A stretch of DNA of 64,000 nt, taken from positions 1-64,000 of the IMG/VR virus record IMGVR_UViG_3300044629_000431; one strand, 5' to 3'. The stretch's first letter is position 1. The number at the start of each line of letters is the position of its first letter. This document shows, one piece after another, positions 9,764 to 18,695 of this stretch. The notes below the pieces were generated by a model, which worked only from the letters and a program-made list of their open reading frames with translations, was not told where the DNA came from and ran no database searches. The position numbers and the translations under genes were made by a program. The stretch is from a virus.

Positions 9764-10291
9764 TTATTCGGAAACTAATTGGGTTACTTCTATGATGCTT
9801 ACATCTGTTCCACTGCTTGCGGCAAGTGCTCCAACCTTTACACTTCTAGAAACTGTTGCATTAGATGCGGTTACTACACCAACAGTTGATGATGTATTTG
9901 CCGAAAGTGTAATTGAAGAATCTGTTATTGCCGTAACTTCTTGATGTACAGTGTTAAGACCAACTGGTTGAGCATTTTCAATTGTTGCATAATCACCCAC
10001 TAAAAATGGGTGTCCAGCATTTTCTGGGAAAGTAATTACTGTTGTTGCTCCAGTTGTAATGCCAGCAATTCTTTGCTTAGCAATTCTTTCTTTTATAACT
10101 TCAGCACTAAATGGTGGAATATGGAAAGAGTTTGTAGTTGGCGTTGGATTTGATCCAATGTCAATATAAACTCCTGTAGCCCCAGTGGAAACTCTAATGT
10201 ACCCACTTTTCAATGCAATAGGATTACTAGTTGCAGCTACTGATACTGTTGGAGAAATACGATTTACACTTTGAACTATTTTTGTAGCCAT
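9764..10291 (-). CDS. Hypothetical beta-rich virion protein
   Basis: 175-aa Thr/Ser/Val-rich ORF between g20 and g21. Confidence 0.65.
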   Translation of the reverse strand: MATKIVQSVNRISPTVSVAATSNPIALKSGYIRVSTGATGVYIDIGSNPTPTTNSFHIPPFSAEVIKERIAKQRIAGITTGATTVITFPENAGHPFLVGDYATIENAQPVGLNTVHQEVTAITDSSITLSANTSSTVGVVTASNATVSRSVKVGALAASSGTDVSIIEVTQLVSE

Positions 10292-10467
10292 TATTCTTCC
10301 CCAGTTTCTTCTTCGGTGTCTTCAGTTTCACCAAACATTGATGTAGCCACAATGGGTTTTGCAACTTCAATTCTTTCAGCAGCTTTTGAGAACAAAAGTG
10401 ACTTAATTTTGTCACTAATATCCGAAGGAGATGCGTCAGTTGCAATCAAATCGATAACTTCTTCCAT
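10291..10467 (-). CDS. Small acidic protein (58 aa, MEEVIDLIATDASPSDISDKIK...), possibly a prohead-core component
   Basis: Translated by hand. TATAAATA lies at 10493-10500 and the stop overlaps the next ATG. Confidence 0.65.
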   Translation of the reverse strand: MEEVIDLIATDASPSDISDKIKSLLFSKAAERIEVAKPIVATSMFGETEDTEEETGEE

Positions 10468-10495
10468 AAATTTAAGTTATTAAGTATAACTTTAT

Positions 10496-12196
10496 TTATA
10501 TCTCAGCCTTCTTAGCATCTTTTTGCATTTGAGCATCTGTTGCTGCTCCTTGTGCTTCCAGATCTGGTTCTGCTGGAACTTGACCCATACCCATTACATC
10601 TTGACCCATTCCTGCCATACCACTACCCTCTCCTGGTTGAGGTAATGGTTCTCCAGTAATTGGATCTACCTGAGATGGATCTGGAATAATTCCTTTGCTA
10701 ATTTCATCTTCAATCTGCTCATCAATTTCAATTATCTCAGAGTCAGTTTGTCTCAGAATTCTCTTGCGAACATATTCAGTGGAATAATATTTCCCAATGT
10801 ATGGTTCAATAGTTGCCAAAGTTGCAAGTCTATTGTTGATAAGTTCGGATTCTTTGAGTTCTGCAAACTGGTTATCATAAAGGAAATCATATTGAATATG
10901 ATCGCTCATTGTTTCCCAGTCTTCTGGTGTTACGATATTCTTCAGAATAAGTTGCGTGCGAAGCATATCATTGAACATATTCGCAAAACGCTTTCTCAGT
11001 CTTCCGACAAATTTTGCAAACTTAAGTTCGTCTCTTAAAATTTCAGATGAACGACCAAGATTAAAACCACCATCAGAAGCAATTCTTGACTCTGGAACCC
11101 CAAGTGCTCTGTAGAGTTTCTTTTGGAAATACTCAACATCAGTGAGTTCTCCAAGATTCTGTCCACCAGGAAGAGTTGTGATTTCAGTTCCTCTACCACC
11201 CTCTCTTCTTGGTAACCAGAAGTCCTCAAGCATACTCATGAACTTGCGGTCATCACGAACTTCACCAGTCGATGCATCATAGACAAGTTTATTTCTGTAG
11301 CGAGACATTACCTCTTTAAGATACTGTTCTGCTTTTACTTTTGGAAGATTACCAACATCAATATAAAAAATACGACGCTCTGGTGCTCTTGATAATCTAT
11401 AAATGACCAAAGAGTCCTCAATCATACGAAGTTGATTGAGTGCTTTGATTGCTTTATGCAGATATGAAAGAACCGTACCCTTGTTTCTATCTACAAGACC
11501 TGAGGTGCAATATGTAATTGAGTCTTTGGCAATTTTTACAGCACCTTTCTGGTTATTACTTCCAGAGAACATTCCTGTTGGATAATTTGGCGTAGGCGTA
11601 TAGAGAAAATACTCTTCAATCTCTGGAGTTATAACTTTTGTTTCATCTACTTTACTAACAGAAATATAATCTCTCTTGCTTGTCTTTTTTTCTTGACGAA
11701 CAAATCTCATTTTCATTGGATCAATGAATCTGAGATCTTGAATTCCTTGATCTGGTCTTTTTACATCAATAACTTTTAAATAATAAATTCTTCCATCAAT
11801 GTACCAGTTTCTAAAAATTTCGTGAGACTTTTTATCAAAGTCTAATATTTCTTTGAGATATTTAAATTCGTCTCTAATTATTTTTTTAAGTTTATCACTT
11901 GCATTCAAATTAGAAAGTTCTATTTCTACCGGTGAATCATAAAGATCACTCACAATTGCTTCATTCACAACATCTTCAATGGCAGCATCACACTCTGGGT
12001 GAAGTGCCATTTCACGATATCTTTTAATTAGATCGTGTTCTGAACGATAAACACCTTCAATATCAATGTACTGACCATAAAAACCACTAGCAATATAATT
12101 ATCAACCCCGTCCTCATTGGTTTGAGGAACGGGGGATACTACTGAAGGTGACTTTGGATTTGAATCCTCAATAGAAAAACCAAAAAGTTTTGCCAT
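10496..12196 (-). CDS. g20: Portal protein gp20
   Basis: YRLSRAPERRIFYIDVGNLP and EDFWLPRREGGRGTEITTLPGG motifs. Confidence 0.99.
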   Translation of the reverse strand: MAKLFGFSIEDSNPKSPSVVSPVPQTNEDGVDNYIASGFYGQYIDIEGVYRSEHDLIKRYREMALHPECDAAIEDVVNEAIVSDLYDSPVEIELSNLNASDKLKKIIRDEFKYLKEILDFDKKSHEIFRNWYIDGRIYYLKVIDVKRPDQGIQDLRFIDPMKMRFVRQEKKTSKRDYISVSKVDETKVITPEIEEYFLYTPTPNYPTGMFSGSNNQKGAVKIAKDSITYCTSGLVDRNKGTVLSYLHKAIKALNQLRMIEDSLVIYRLSRAPERRIFYIDVGNLPKVKAEQYLKEVMSRYRNKLVYDASTGEVRDDRKFMSMLEDFWLPRREGGRGTEITTLPGGQNLGELTDVEYFQKKLYRALGVPESRIASDGGFNLGRSSEILRDELKFAKFVGRLRKRFANMFNDMLRTQLILKNIVTPEDWETMSDHIQYDFLYDNQFAELKESELINNRLATLATIEPYIGKYYSTEYVRKRILRQTDSEIIEIDEQIEDEISKGIIPDPSQVDPITGEPLPQPGEGSGMAGMGQDVMGMGQVPAEPDLEAQGAATDAQMQKDAKKAEI

Positions 12197-12229
12197 ATTA
12201 TAAAGTTTAAACTCTTATTATTCTACTAT

Positions 12230-12820
12230 TTAGTTGATGTCTTCTCCGCCTGCTGCATCGGCATTACCCTTAACAGCTTCCCACCATTGAACCTGAAGTT
12301 CAACTTGGAATTCTTCAATTCCTTGTGCATCGTATGAAAGTTCAATAGGAGTTACTTGAGTTGGGAAAACATCATAGAAGTGATACTGTCTGAGAGTACC
12401 GCCATTTCTATCTAACTGATAAACAAAAGCGTCAGACTGATAATCTGCTGGGTTTGTGAGACCAGTGTTATCAGAAACTCTGTTCATCTTATTCATCCAG
12501 TTTTCAAACGCTGAACGAATAGAGAAGTCAGTGTCGTTGATAACTGTAATAGTCCAGGTATCAAAGGTTCTATCTCCAGCAATCTTAAGAACTCTTCCTC
12601 TAAAAGGAACTTCAATATTTGCTACGTTTGATGCTGGAAGGTTTGCTGCTTTTGCTAAAAATCTAATTTTATCAAGAACAACAGATCCTGGTTGAGCAGC
12701 ATCTGGGAAAGACATTACGACTTCAAATAGATTGGCGCGAGCGCCGCCACCAGTTAGCTTACTTTTGAAGTCAGTAATCTTTCTTAGTGGGGGTGGATTT
12801 AGTTGATTTCTGGTTGCCAT
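12230..12820 (-). CDS. g19: Tail tube protein gp19
   Basis: GGARANLFEV and KIAGDRTFDTWTITVINDTDF motifs. Confidence 0.96.
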   Translation of the reverse strand: MATRNQLNPPPLRKITDFKSKLTGGGARANLFEVVMSFPDAAQPGSVVLDKIRFLAKAANLPASNVANIEVPFRGRVLKIAGDRTFDTWTITVINDTDFSIRSAFENWMNKMNRVSDNTGLTNPADYQSDAFVYQLDRNGGTLRQYHFYDVFPTQVTPIELSYDAQGIEEFQVELQVQWWEAVKGNADAAGGEDIN

Positions 12821-12842
12821 TTTTAAGTACCTCTAAGTTTGA

Positions 12843-14990
12843 TTAAACGTTACCGATGACTTCTTCAAAAGATACGCCAGTTCTAGTGGCAACAAAGGTC
12901 AGACCAATGAAGTTGATACTTCTTGTTGGTTTGATGTAGATATCAGCAACAAATTCATTATTATCAATAATAGCAGCGGTATTATTGGTCTCATCACAAA
13001 TAACAACATAGTCAAAGATTCCTCTCTTGGACTGAACATCACGAAGGAATGGTTCAATGATATTTACAAAGTTAGTTCTGGTAATCTCATCGTTGAACTC
13101 AAAGAGTTGATCTTTGGCAGCTGCTGCGATAGCATCTTCAAGATAGATGAACAGACGACGAACGTTGATTCTATCAAATGCCGACGACTTACCATAACCA
13201 GTCTTATCACCAAATAGAACGATTCCATCTCCAGGCGAGAAGATGACTGGGTTGATTCTATTTGAGTACAGTTTGTCTCTTTGAACTTTACTTGGATTGT
13301 ATGAAAGTTTTACTGCGTTTAGAATTGCACCTCTAGAAGTTCCTGCTGGTGAGAACCATGGGAAGTTGTTGATGTCATTTCTTGCACAGGTTCCAGCAAT
13401 GTCTCCATTCAGAGGAACATATCTGAATACATCATTGAATCTATCATACATGTACTTGTATCCACTATCAAATACTCCATAAGTTGTGGAAGTAACTGGT
13501 GCATAGAAACTAATTACGTTATCTGTAATAGTCTCATCACTATTAACAGTTACTGTGCCTACGGAAGAATCATTCAAGAAAGCTTGTCTGTATGGTGAAA
13601 TAAATGCCAAGGCATCTTTTCTTGTTTCTGCAACTGCAATACACTTATTAGCAAGTGCTTGTGCAGTTTCTTTTGGATAGTTTGCAGAACCCATCAGAAT
13701 GAAGTCAACTTCATAGTTTTCGGTATTTTCAAATAATGTGTAACCACTGATGATATCATTTAAACCAGGAGTAAGAGCACCAGTTGATGTGATACCAGTT
13801 GTTCCACCGTAGTTTTTACCGCTTGCAAGCGTTAAAACATTTGAACCAGTAACTTTAAAGATAGCTCCATCTGCATCTTGATCCCAAGCACTATCTGTGG
13901 CAACGGTATAACCATCTGCGGAGAAACCACTCGAAACTGTTCCTGCTGGTTCGGAACCACCAAAGACATACTGTGAGTTTGTTGCAAGATACTTTCTCCA
14001 ATATGATGGAGAACCAAGTGAGAACTCAGCATCTTTTGCCTTAGAAAGACTTAAGTGCTTCTCAAGAATTGTTCCTGCATTTCCAGTTACAGTTCCTAGA
14101 TCATCAAATACAACAACGTGAACTTCGTCAAATCTTGCTCCTCTTGCAGCAGCATATGCTGAAGTTGATGGTCTTGGTGCAAGAGTTTCCCACTCAATAG
14201 TGCTGTTTGAAAGTGCTATTGACTGGTTGCCAAACCAATCAACTTGAGATGAAACTGCAATAGTAGCAACTCCAATGTTGGAGTTATTTCTTACTGTGAG
14301 ATTTCCTGTAGTACCAAAATAATATACACCATTTGGTTGGTAATCTACAGCAGTTTCAGTTCCACCAGTTGCAGTGTAACTTAAAACCTTTACATCAATG
14401 GTGCTTGCGCCGATTCCAGTGATAATTCCTTTAAGTTGACCATTAAGAACTGAAGTTGTTCCTGCTCCGGGTAAAACTGAAGTAATTGATTGAGTTACTC
14501 CGTAACCAACTACAAGACCAGTTGTAACAATTCCTAGAGTTTGGTCTGCTTTAGCGTCTAGAAGAGCAACCTTAATACCATTTGCCCAAGTTCCAGGATT
14601 CTTGGCAACTACCGTGTAACCTGTAATGGTATTTTCATCATACCCGAGTTGGTTATAATGCTCTTCACTTTTAATTTTAATGTCGGATGAAGTTCCTGCA
14701 CAAGCATTCTTAAGACCAGAATCATCTGCTCTTACAACTCTTAGAGTTCCACCATACGCTAAGTATGATGAAGCAACCATCCAATGCTCATAATGCTTAT
14801 CAGTGCTGTATGGTTGACCGAAAGTTTGTAACAGGTCATTCTCATTTTCAACTACTGCGGGAAACCCAACAGGACCTTTAGCAAATGGTCCAACAACTGC
14901 CCCAACAGAATCTGAAGTAGGATCGACTCTTCCTACTGTTAAATCAACTTCTCTTACTACAATTCCAGGAGATGCTAAGTTTAGCGGCAT
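12843..14990 (-). CDS. g18: Tail sheath protein gp18
   Basis: SPGIVVREVDLT, PWFSPAG and FDRINVRRLF motifs; ATAAATA at 15027-15033. Confidence 0.97.
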   Translation of the reverse strand: MPLNLASPGIVVREVDLTVGRVDPTSDSVGAVVGPFAKGPVGFPAVVENENDLLQTFGQPYSTDKHYEHWMVASSYLAYGGTLRVVRADDSGLKNACAGTSSDIKIKSEEHYNQLGYDENTITGYTVVAKNPGTWANGIKVALLDAKADQTLGIVTTGLVVGYGVTQSITSVLPGAGTTSVLNGQLKGIITGIGASTIDVKVLSYTATGGTETAVDYQPNGVYYFGTTGNLTVRNNSNIGVATIAVSSQVDWFGNQSIALSNSTIEWETLAPRPSTSAYAAARGARFDEVHVVVFDDLGTVTGNAGTILEKHLSLSKAKDAEFSLGSPSYWRKYLATNSQYVFGGSEPAGTVSSGFSADGYTVATDSAWDQDADGAIFKVTGSNVLTLASGKNYGGTTGITSTGALTPGLNDIISGYTLFENTENYEVDFILMGSANYPKETAQALANKCIAVAETRKDALAFISPYRQAFLNDSSVGTVTVNSDETITDNVISFYAPVTSTTYGVFDSGYKYMYDRFNDVFRYVPLNGDIAGTCARNDINNFPWFSPAGTSRGAILNAVKLSYNPSKVQRDKLYSNRINPVIFSPGDGIVLFGDKTGYGKSSAFDRINVRRLFIYLEDAIAAAAKDQLFEFNDEITRTNFVNIIEPFLRDVQSKRGIFDYVVICDETNNTAAIIDNNEFVADIYIKPTRSINFIGLTFVATRTGVSFEEVIGNV

Positions 14991-15074
14991 CTTTATTCTC
15001 CGTGTTATCCAGAATTAATCTGAAATTATTTATTAAAAAGCCTACTTTGAATGGGGAATCTGTACGTGAACAAC

Positions 15075-15305
15075 CTACCAGTCAGGATATTCCCACTCAA
15101 CTCTACAATTTTTATTTTTTCTCTTAGATATAATTCTTGTCTTAGTGCATTCTTTACACTCATATGAATATGAAGATGGGAAAGAACCTCTACCTTTACG
15201 TGTCAGATAAAAATCATCTAATAAGTTTTTAACTTTACCACAAATACGACATTTTCTGTCAAAGAATAATATATGCTCTAGTTCAATTTGATCATCTAAG
15301 TCCAT
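15075..15305 (-). CDS. Small Zn-finger-like protein (CxxC...YECKEC) between g17 and g18
   Basis: Two Cys pairs; the likely start MDLDD overlaps the g17 stop. Confidence 0.65.
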   Translation of the reverse strand: MDLDDQIELEHILFFDRKCRICGKVKNLLDDFYLTRKGRGSFPSSYSYECKECTKTRIISKRKNKNCRVEWEYPDW

Positions 15306-16948
15306 TAAAGATAATCCCACATAAATGAGCGATCACCATACTCATCTAAATGCCATCTATCACCATCTTTATCAATGAAAGTTTCACTATCGAAACCATC
15401 AGATATAAAACCAAATGGTGCCATGTCTTGTTCTATCTGATTCTTTTGTTCCTCATAGATTCTTTTACGAACATCATTGTCCGTCATCTCTTTAAAGTAG
15501 TCTTGAGCAACTAACCAAGAGAAAATTACAAGGCACATTGCTAGGTCATCATTACAACCCTCTTCTGCTTCAAAAGAGTTATGACGTTGAGCAAAAGTTG
15601 TAAGTTCTGAAATGATATCATAGTCAACTGTAAGTAACTTATCATCCTCCAATAAAGTCTTGAGGTTGGAACATCCAAGTTTTTTAACAGCAGCGGTCAT
15701 TCTCACACCAAGTTGAGACTTCTTTCCACTAAAACCAGAACCAACAATCTGACCAGCACGACCTCTCATTGCACACATCAGAACATTATCATACTCAAGA
15801 TCAAAATGAAGAATATTTGCTACTTGATCTCCAATATCGTTGACTTCAACCAATAACCAAGCATTATTGTATCCTCTTGCAACTTCATTGATAACACTGG
15901 GGAACAACATTGGTTTGATTTCATTGTTTCTATATTTTGCTACTACTTTATATGGAAACTCAGTAATATCAAAAACAATAAATGCCGAATAGTCATTACC
16001 TAAACCACGAGCAACGTCAACCGTCATTAAATAGTTATGCTCTTCTTTTGGATGTTCATAAACATCTAAACCAGCATTTCTTTTGATGGGATCTTCATAT
16101 ACAAGATTTCTAAGTTTTGCTGGATTAATAAGTGTATTGACCGAACCTAAGAACTCACACTCAAACTCAACTTTGAACTGTTGTTCAGAAGTGTTGGCAA
16201 TTGTTTGTTCTTTCCAAACTTGATCTCTGCCAGGCACTTCTGACCAATGAACATCTGTAGGTACATATTCATTCTTATTTCTCTCAGCATCGTGCCACAT
16301 ACGGTAGAAGTGATTCATACCGCGTGGCGTGGATACGATGATTACCTTCGTGCTCTGTCCAGAAGAAATAGTAGGATAAACAGAGGCAAAGAAGTCATCA
16401 GCAATGTGATTCGGGATGAAAGCGAACTCGTCAAGAAAGATGACATTATAGGATCCGCCTCGGACAGCAGATGAAGAAGTAGAGTTAGATGAAATCTTGG
16501 AGCCATTTTCTAATTCTAAACTACCTTTGTTCCAGGATATAATGCCCTGCTGCATCCACTTCGGTAAGTTCTCATAAGCAAGTTGCAATCTTCCAAGAAG
16601 GTCTCTGGCAGTGGATGCTTTGTTTGCTAGAATTGCTATATTCACATTATCGTTAAATACCGCATAATGTAACAAATATGAAACACAAGTTGTAGATTTA
16701 CCCGTCTGACGGGGCATCTTACAAATGTTAAATCTATTCTTATGGAAATTATGAATTAATTTCTCTTGAAATGGATACATCTCAAAAGGAACCAGACCGT
16801 GATCCAGAGAAACAATTTTAATATAATTTCTAGCAAAATAAACGGGATCCTCTTTACACTTTAAAAACTCAATAATTTGTTCTTCTGTAAATTCAATCTG
16901 AGTATTTGCTTTTTTTAAATTCGGATTACCAAGATAAACTTCACTCAT
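15305..16948 (-). CDS. g17: Terminase large subunit gp17
   Basis: PRQTGKST Walker A, IFLDEFAF Walker B, STPRG and DDLAM nuclease motifs. Confidence 0.98.
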   Translation of the reverse strand: MSEVYLGNPNLKKANTQIEFTEEQIIEFLKCKEDPVYFARNYIKIVSLDHGLVPFEMYPFQEKLIHNFHKNRFNICKMPRQTGKSTTCVSYLLHYAVFNDNVNIAILANKASTARDLLGRLQLAYENLPKWMQQGIISWNKGSLELENGSKISSNSTSSSAVRGGSYNVIFLDEFAFIPNHIADDFFASVYPTISSGQSTKVIIVSTPRGMNHFYRMWHDAERNKNEYVPTDVHWSEVPGRDQVWKEQTIANTSEQQFKVEFECEFLGSVNTLINPAKLRNLVYEDPIKRNAGLDVYEHPKEEHNYLMTVDVARGLGNDYSAFIVFDITEFPYKVVAKYRNNEIKPMLFPSVINEVARGYNNAWLLVEVNDIGDQVANILHFDLEYDNVLMCAMRGRAGQIVGSGFSGKKSQLGVRMTAAVKKLGCSNLKTLLEDDKLLTVDYDIISELTTFAQRHNSFEAEEGCNDDLAMCLVIFSWLVAQDYFKEMTDNDVRKRIYEEQKNQIEQDMAPFGFISDGFDSETFIDKDGDRWHLDEYGDRSFMWDYL

Positions 16949-16951
16949 AAT

Positions 16952-18382
16952 TTAGTAAATTTCCCTCCATTGAAGAGCAGCAGCAACGTTAGCAACAGCA
17001 TTACCTGTAGTAGTAATGGTTCTTACAACAAGAACATAAATTTCAGAACTTGTTGAGTCTATATTTTGAACAATAATATTTTTCTTTGCGGCACTTAATG
17101 TTCCAGAAGCAACTGGTGAAAGTGAGTTTTGAGACGCACCAGAAGGAACATACCCTGATGCAAACTCGTCACCATCACTATAAGTTGTAGCATCCACACA
17201 AACTTCAACTCCACTATTAGCAGAAGCAGAGGTCCAAGTTAGAGTTCCAGCATTGCTCAAATAAGCAGAACTTGGAAGTTTAATAACTCTATAAATGATA
17301 CTATTTGTTTCACAATGTATTGAAAGGTTATTCAACCTTACTGATATTCTATTTGGATAATTTTGAAAACTATTTTTGAGGCGAATCGCAACCAATGGAA
17401 GTTCTGTTCCTGCCGGTGTTGGTGTTGTTCTTGATGTGGTCATTGTGTAGGCAAAATCAATACCACTTTCAATATATCCACCTTCCGACATTACAGAAGA
17501 ACAGATTTGATCAAATGATGCTCCAATACCTACACCAGTATTTCTGAGTTCACAACGAACTGGTAGATTTGGATTAGCAATATAAACTGTGCTCAAATAA
17601 TTGGAATGGTTAAATTCATGAGCAGTAATAAGTTGTCCATTATGAGCAAAACCACAACGGACTCTACCGACACCTAACCACTGGAAATCTATAAATGCAA
17701 GTTGAGTTTTTGTAATATCCAAATTAAATCCAGAAATACCTGTTCCATCGCATTTGTCTTTATTCCATTGTGACTGTGGAATTCTAGTTTCTGTTGCAAT
17801 ACCACTTGTAAAGGTTCTGATTACCCAGTTGTTTGTTCCAATACCAGCGTTTATTCCGTCAGAAGTGCTTAATCCAACTTGTTCAAAATAAATTCCATCT
17901 CTATCATCAAAATATCCAGTTCTTTTCGTTGCGTTTTGTTGAGGAGCATAAAAGTTAAAAGAACTAAAAATTAATTGCCCCTTTCCTGGTTGATAATGAT
18001 GATAAAATTTTGTTTGGTGAATGCAAGATGCTGTAGAACCAATTCCAGTTTGCAATCTTGCACACGCTTGGTTTTGAAAGAAAGTTACTGATGATCCTGC
18101 ACCAGAAACACTATCTAAAAAGTTTGGGTCAATTGCGTAAACGTGCTTATAGTCACCAAGAGTAAATAATTCAGAAACTCTTGCTCTACCAAATGCATCA
18201 ACAGCATTTGTATCTGGATTAATCGTTACAACAGTCTCTGATGATATTCCAACAGTTCCGGTGACTGGAAATGGGTTATCAAGTGTAACAACCTCGCCAT
18301 TTTTATTGGCGACCATATTTACTTCAAAAAGAGTTCTCTCTTGATTTAAAAAATCTTGAGTACTTTTATTAAATTGTGCCAT
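16952..18382 (-). CDS. Hypothetical virion-associated protein (476 aa)
   Basis: Beta-rich ORF with DAFGR.RVS, YQPGK and DFQWLGVGRVR motifs, inside a late operon. Confidence 0.65.
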   Translation of the reverse strand: MAQFNKSTQDFLNQERTLFEVNMVANKNGEVVTLDNPFPVTGTVGISSETVVTINPDTNAVDAFGRARVSELFTLGDYKHVYAIDPNFLDSVSGAGSSVTFFQNQACARLQTGIGSTASCIHQTKFYHHYQPGKGQLIFSSFNFYAPQQNATKRTGYFDDRDGIYFEQVGLSTSDGINAGIGTNNWVIRTFTSGIATETRIPQSQWNKDKCDGTGISGFNLDITKTQLAFIDFQWLGVGRVRCGFAHNGQLITAHEFNHSNYLSTVYIANPNLPVRCELRNTGVGIGASFDQICSSVMSEGGYIESGIDFAYTMTTSRTTPTPAGTELPLVAIRLKNSFQNYPNRISVRLNNLSIHCETNSIIYRVIKLPSSAYLSNAGTLTWTSASANSGVEVCVDATTYSDGDEFASGYVPSGASQNSLSPVASGTLSAAKKNIIVQNIDSTSSEIYVLVVRTITTTGNAVANVAAALQWREIY

Positions 18383-18385
18383 AAT

Positions 18386-18694
18386 TTATTCACCCCAAGA
18401 TAATCTTTCTGGTTGATATCTTTGTGCGTTTTTAATTCTTGAAGTATTTAACTGAGCAGGATAGATGTTATGAACGATTGCTCCAGGATATTCTCCTTGA
18501 ATTTGTTCTGCAAGTTCGTTTTTAGAAAGCATTTTACCTTCTACTTCTAAACGATACATCTTTCCTTCCCAAACCACATCGGCAAAAAAAGATTCACTTG
18601 CCTGTTCTGGTTGAGAAGAACCCACATTTAGAGTTCCGTTAAAGTCACCGTTGATAGTGATACTTTCTGAAATAAATTGTTGAAAAGATTTCAT
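18386..18694 (-). CDS. Hypothetical protein with a CTS-like N-terminus (MKSFQQFISE)
   Basis: N-terminus resembles the T4 capsid-targeting sequence. Confidence 0.65.
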   Translation of the reverse strand: MKSFQQFISESITINGDFNGTLNVGSSQPEQASESFFADVVWEGKMYRLEVEGKMLSKNELAEQIQGEYPGAIVHNIYPAQLNTSRIKNAQRYQPERLSWGE

Positions 18695-18695
18695 T

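Noticed and set aside
6532-16948. Introns or inteins in g23, g20, g18 or g17
   Set aside because: The ORFs are continuous and of ordinary length, with no splicing motifs seen.
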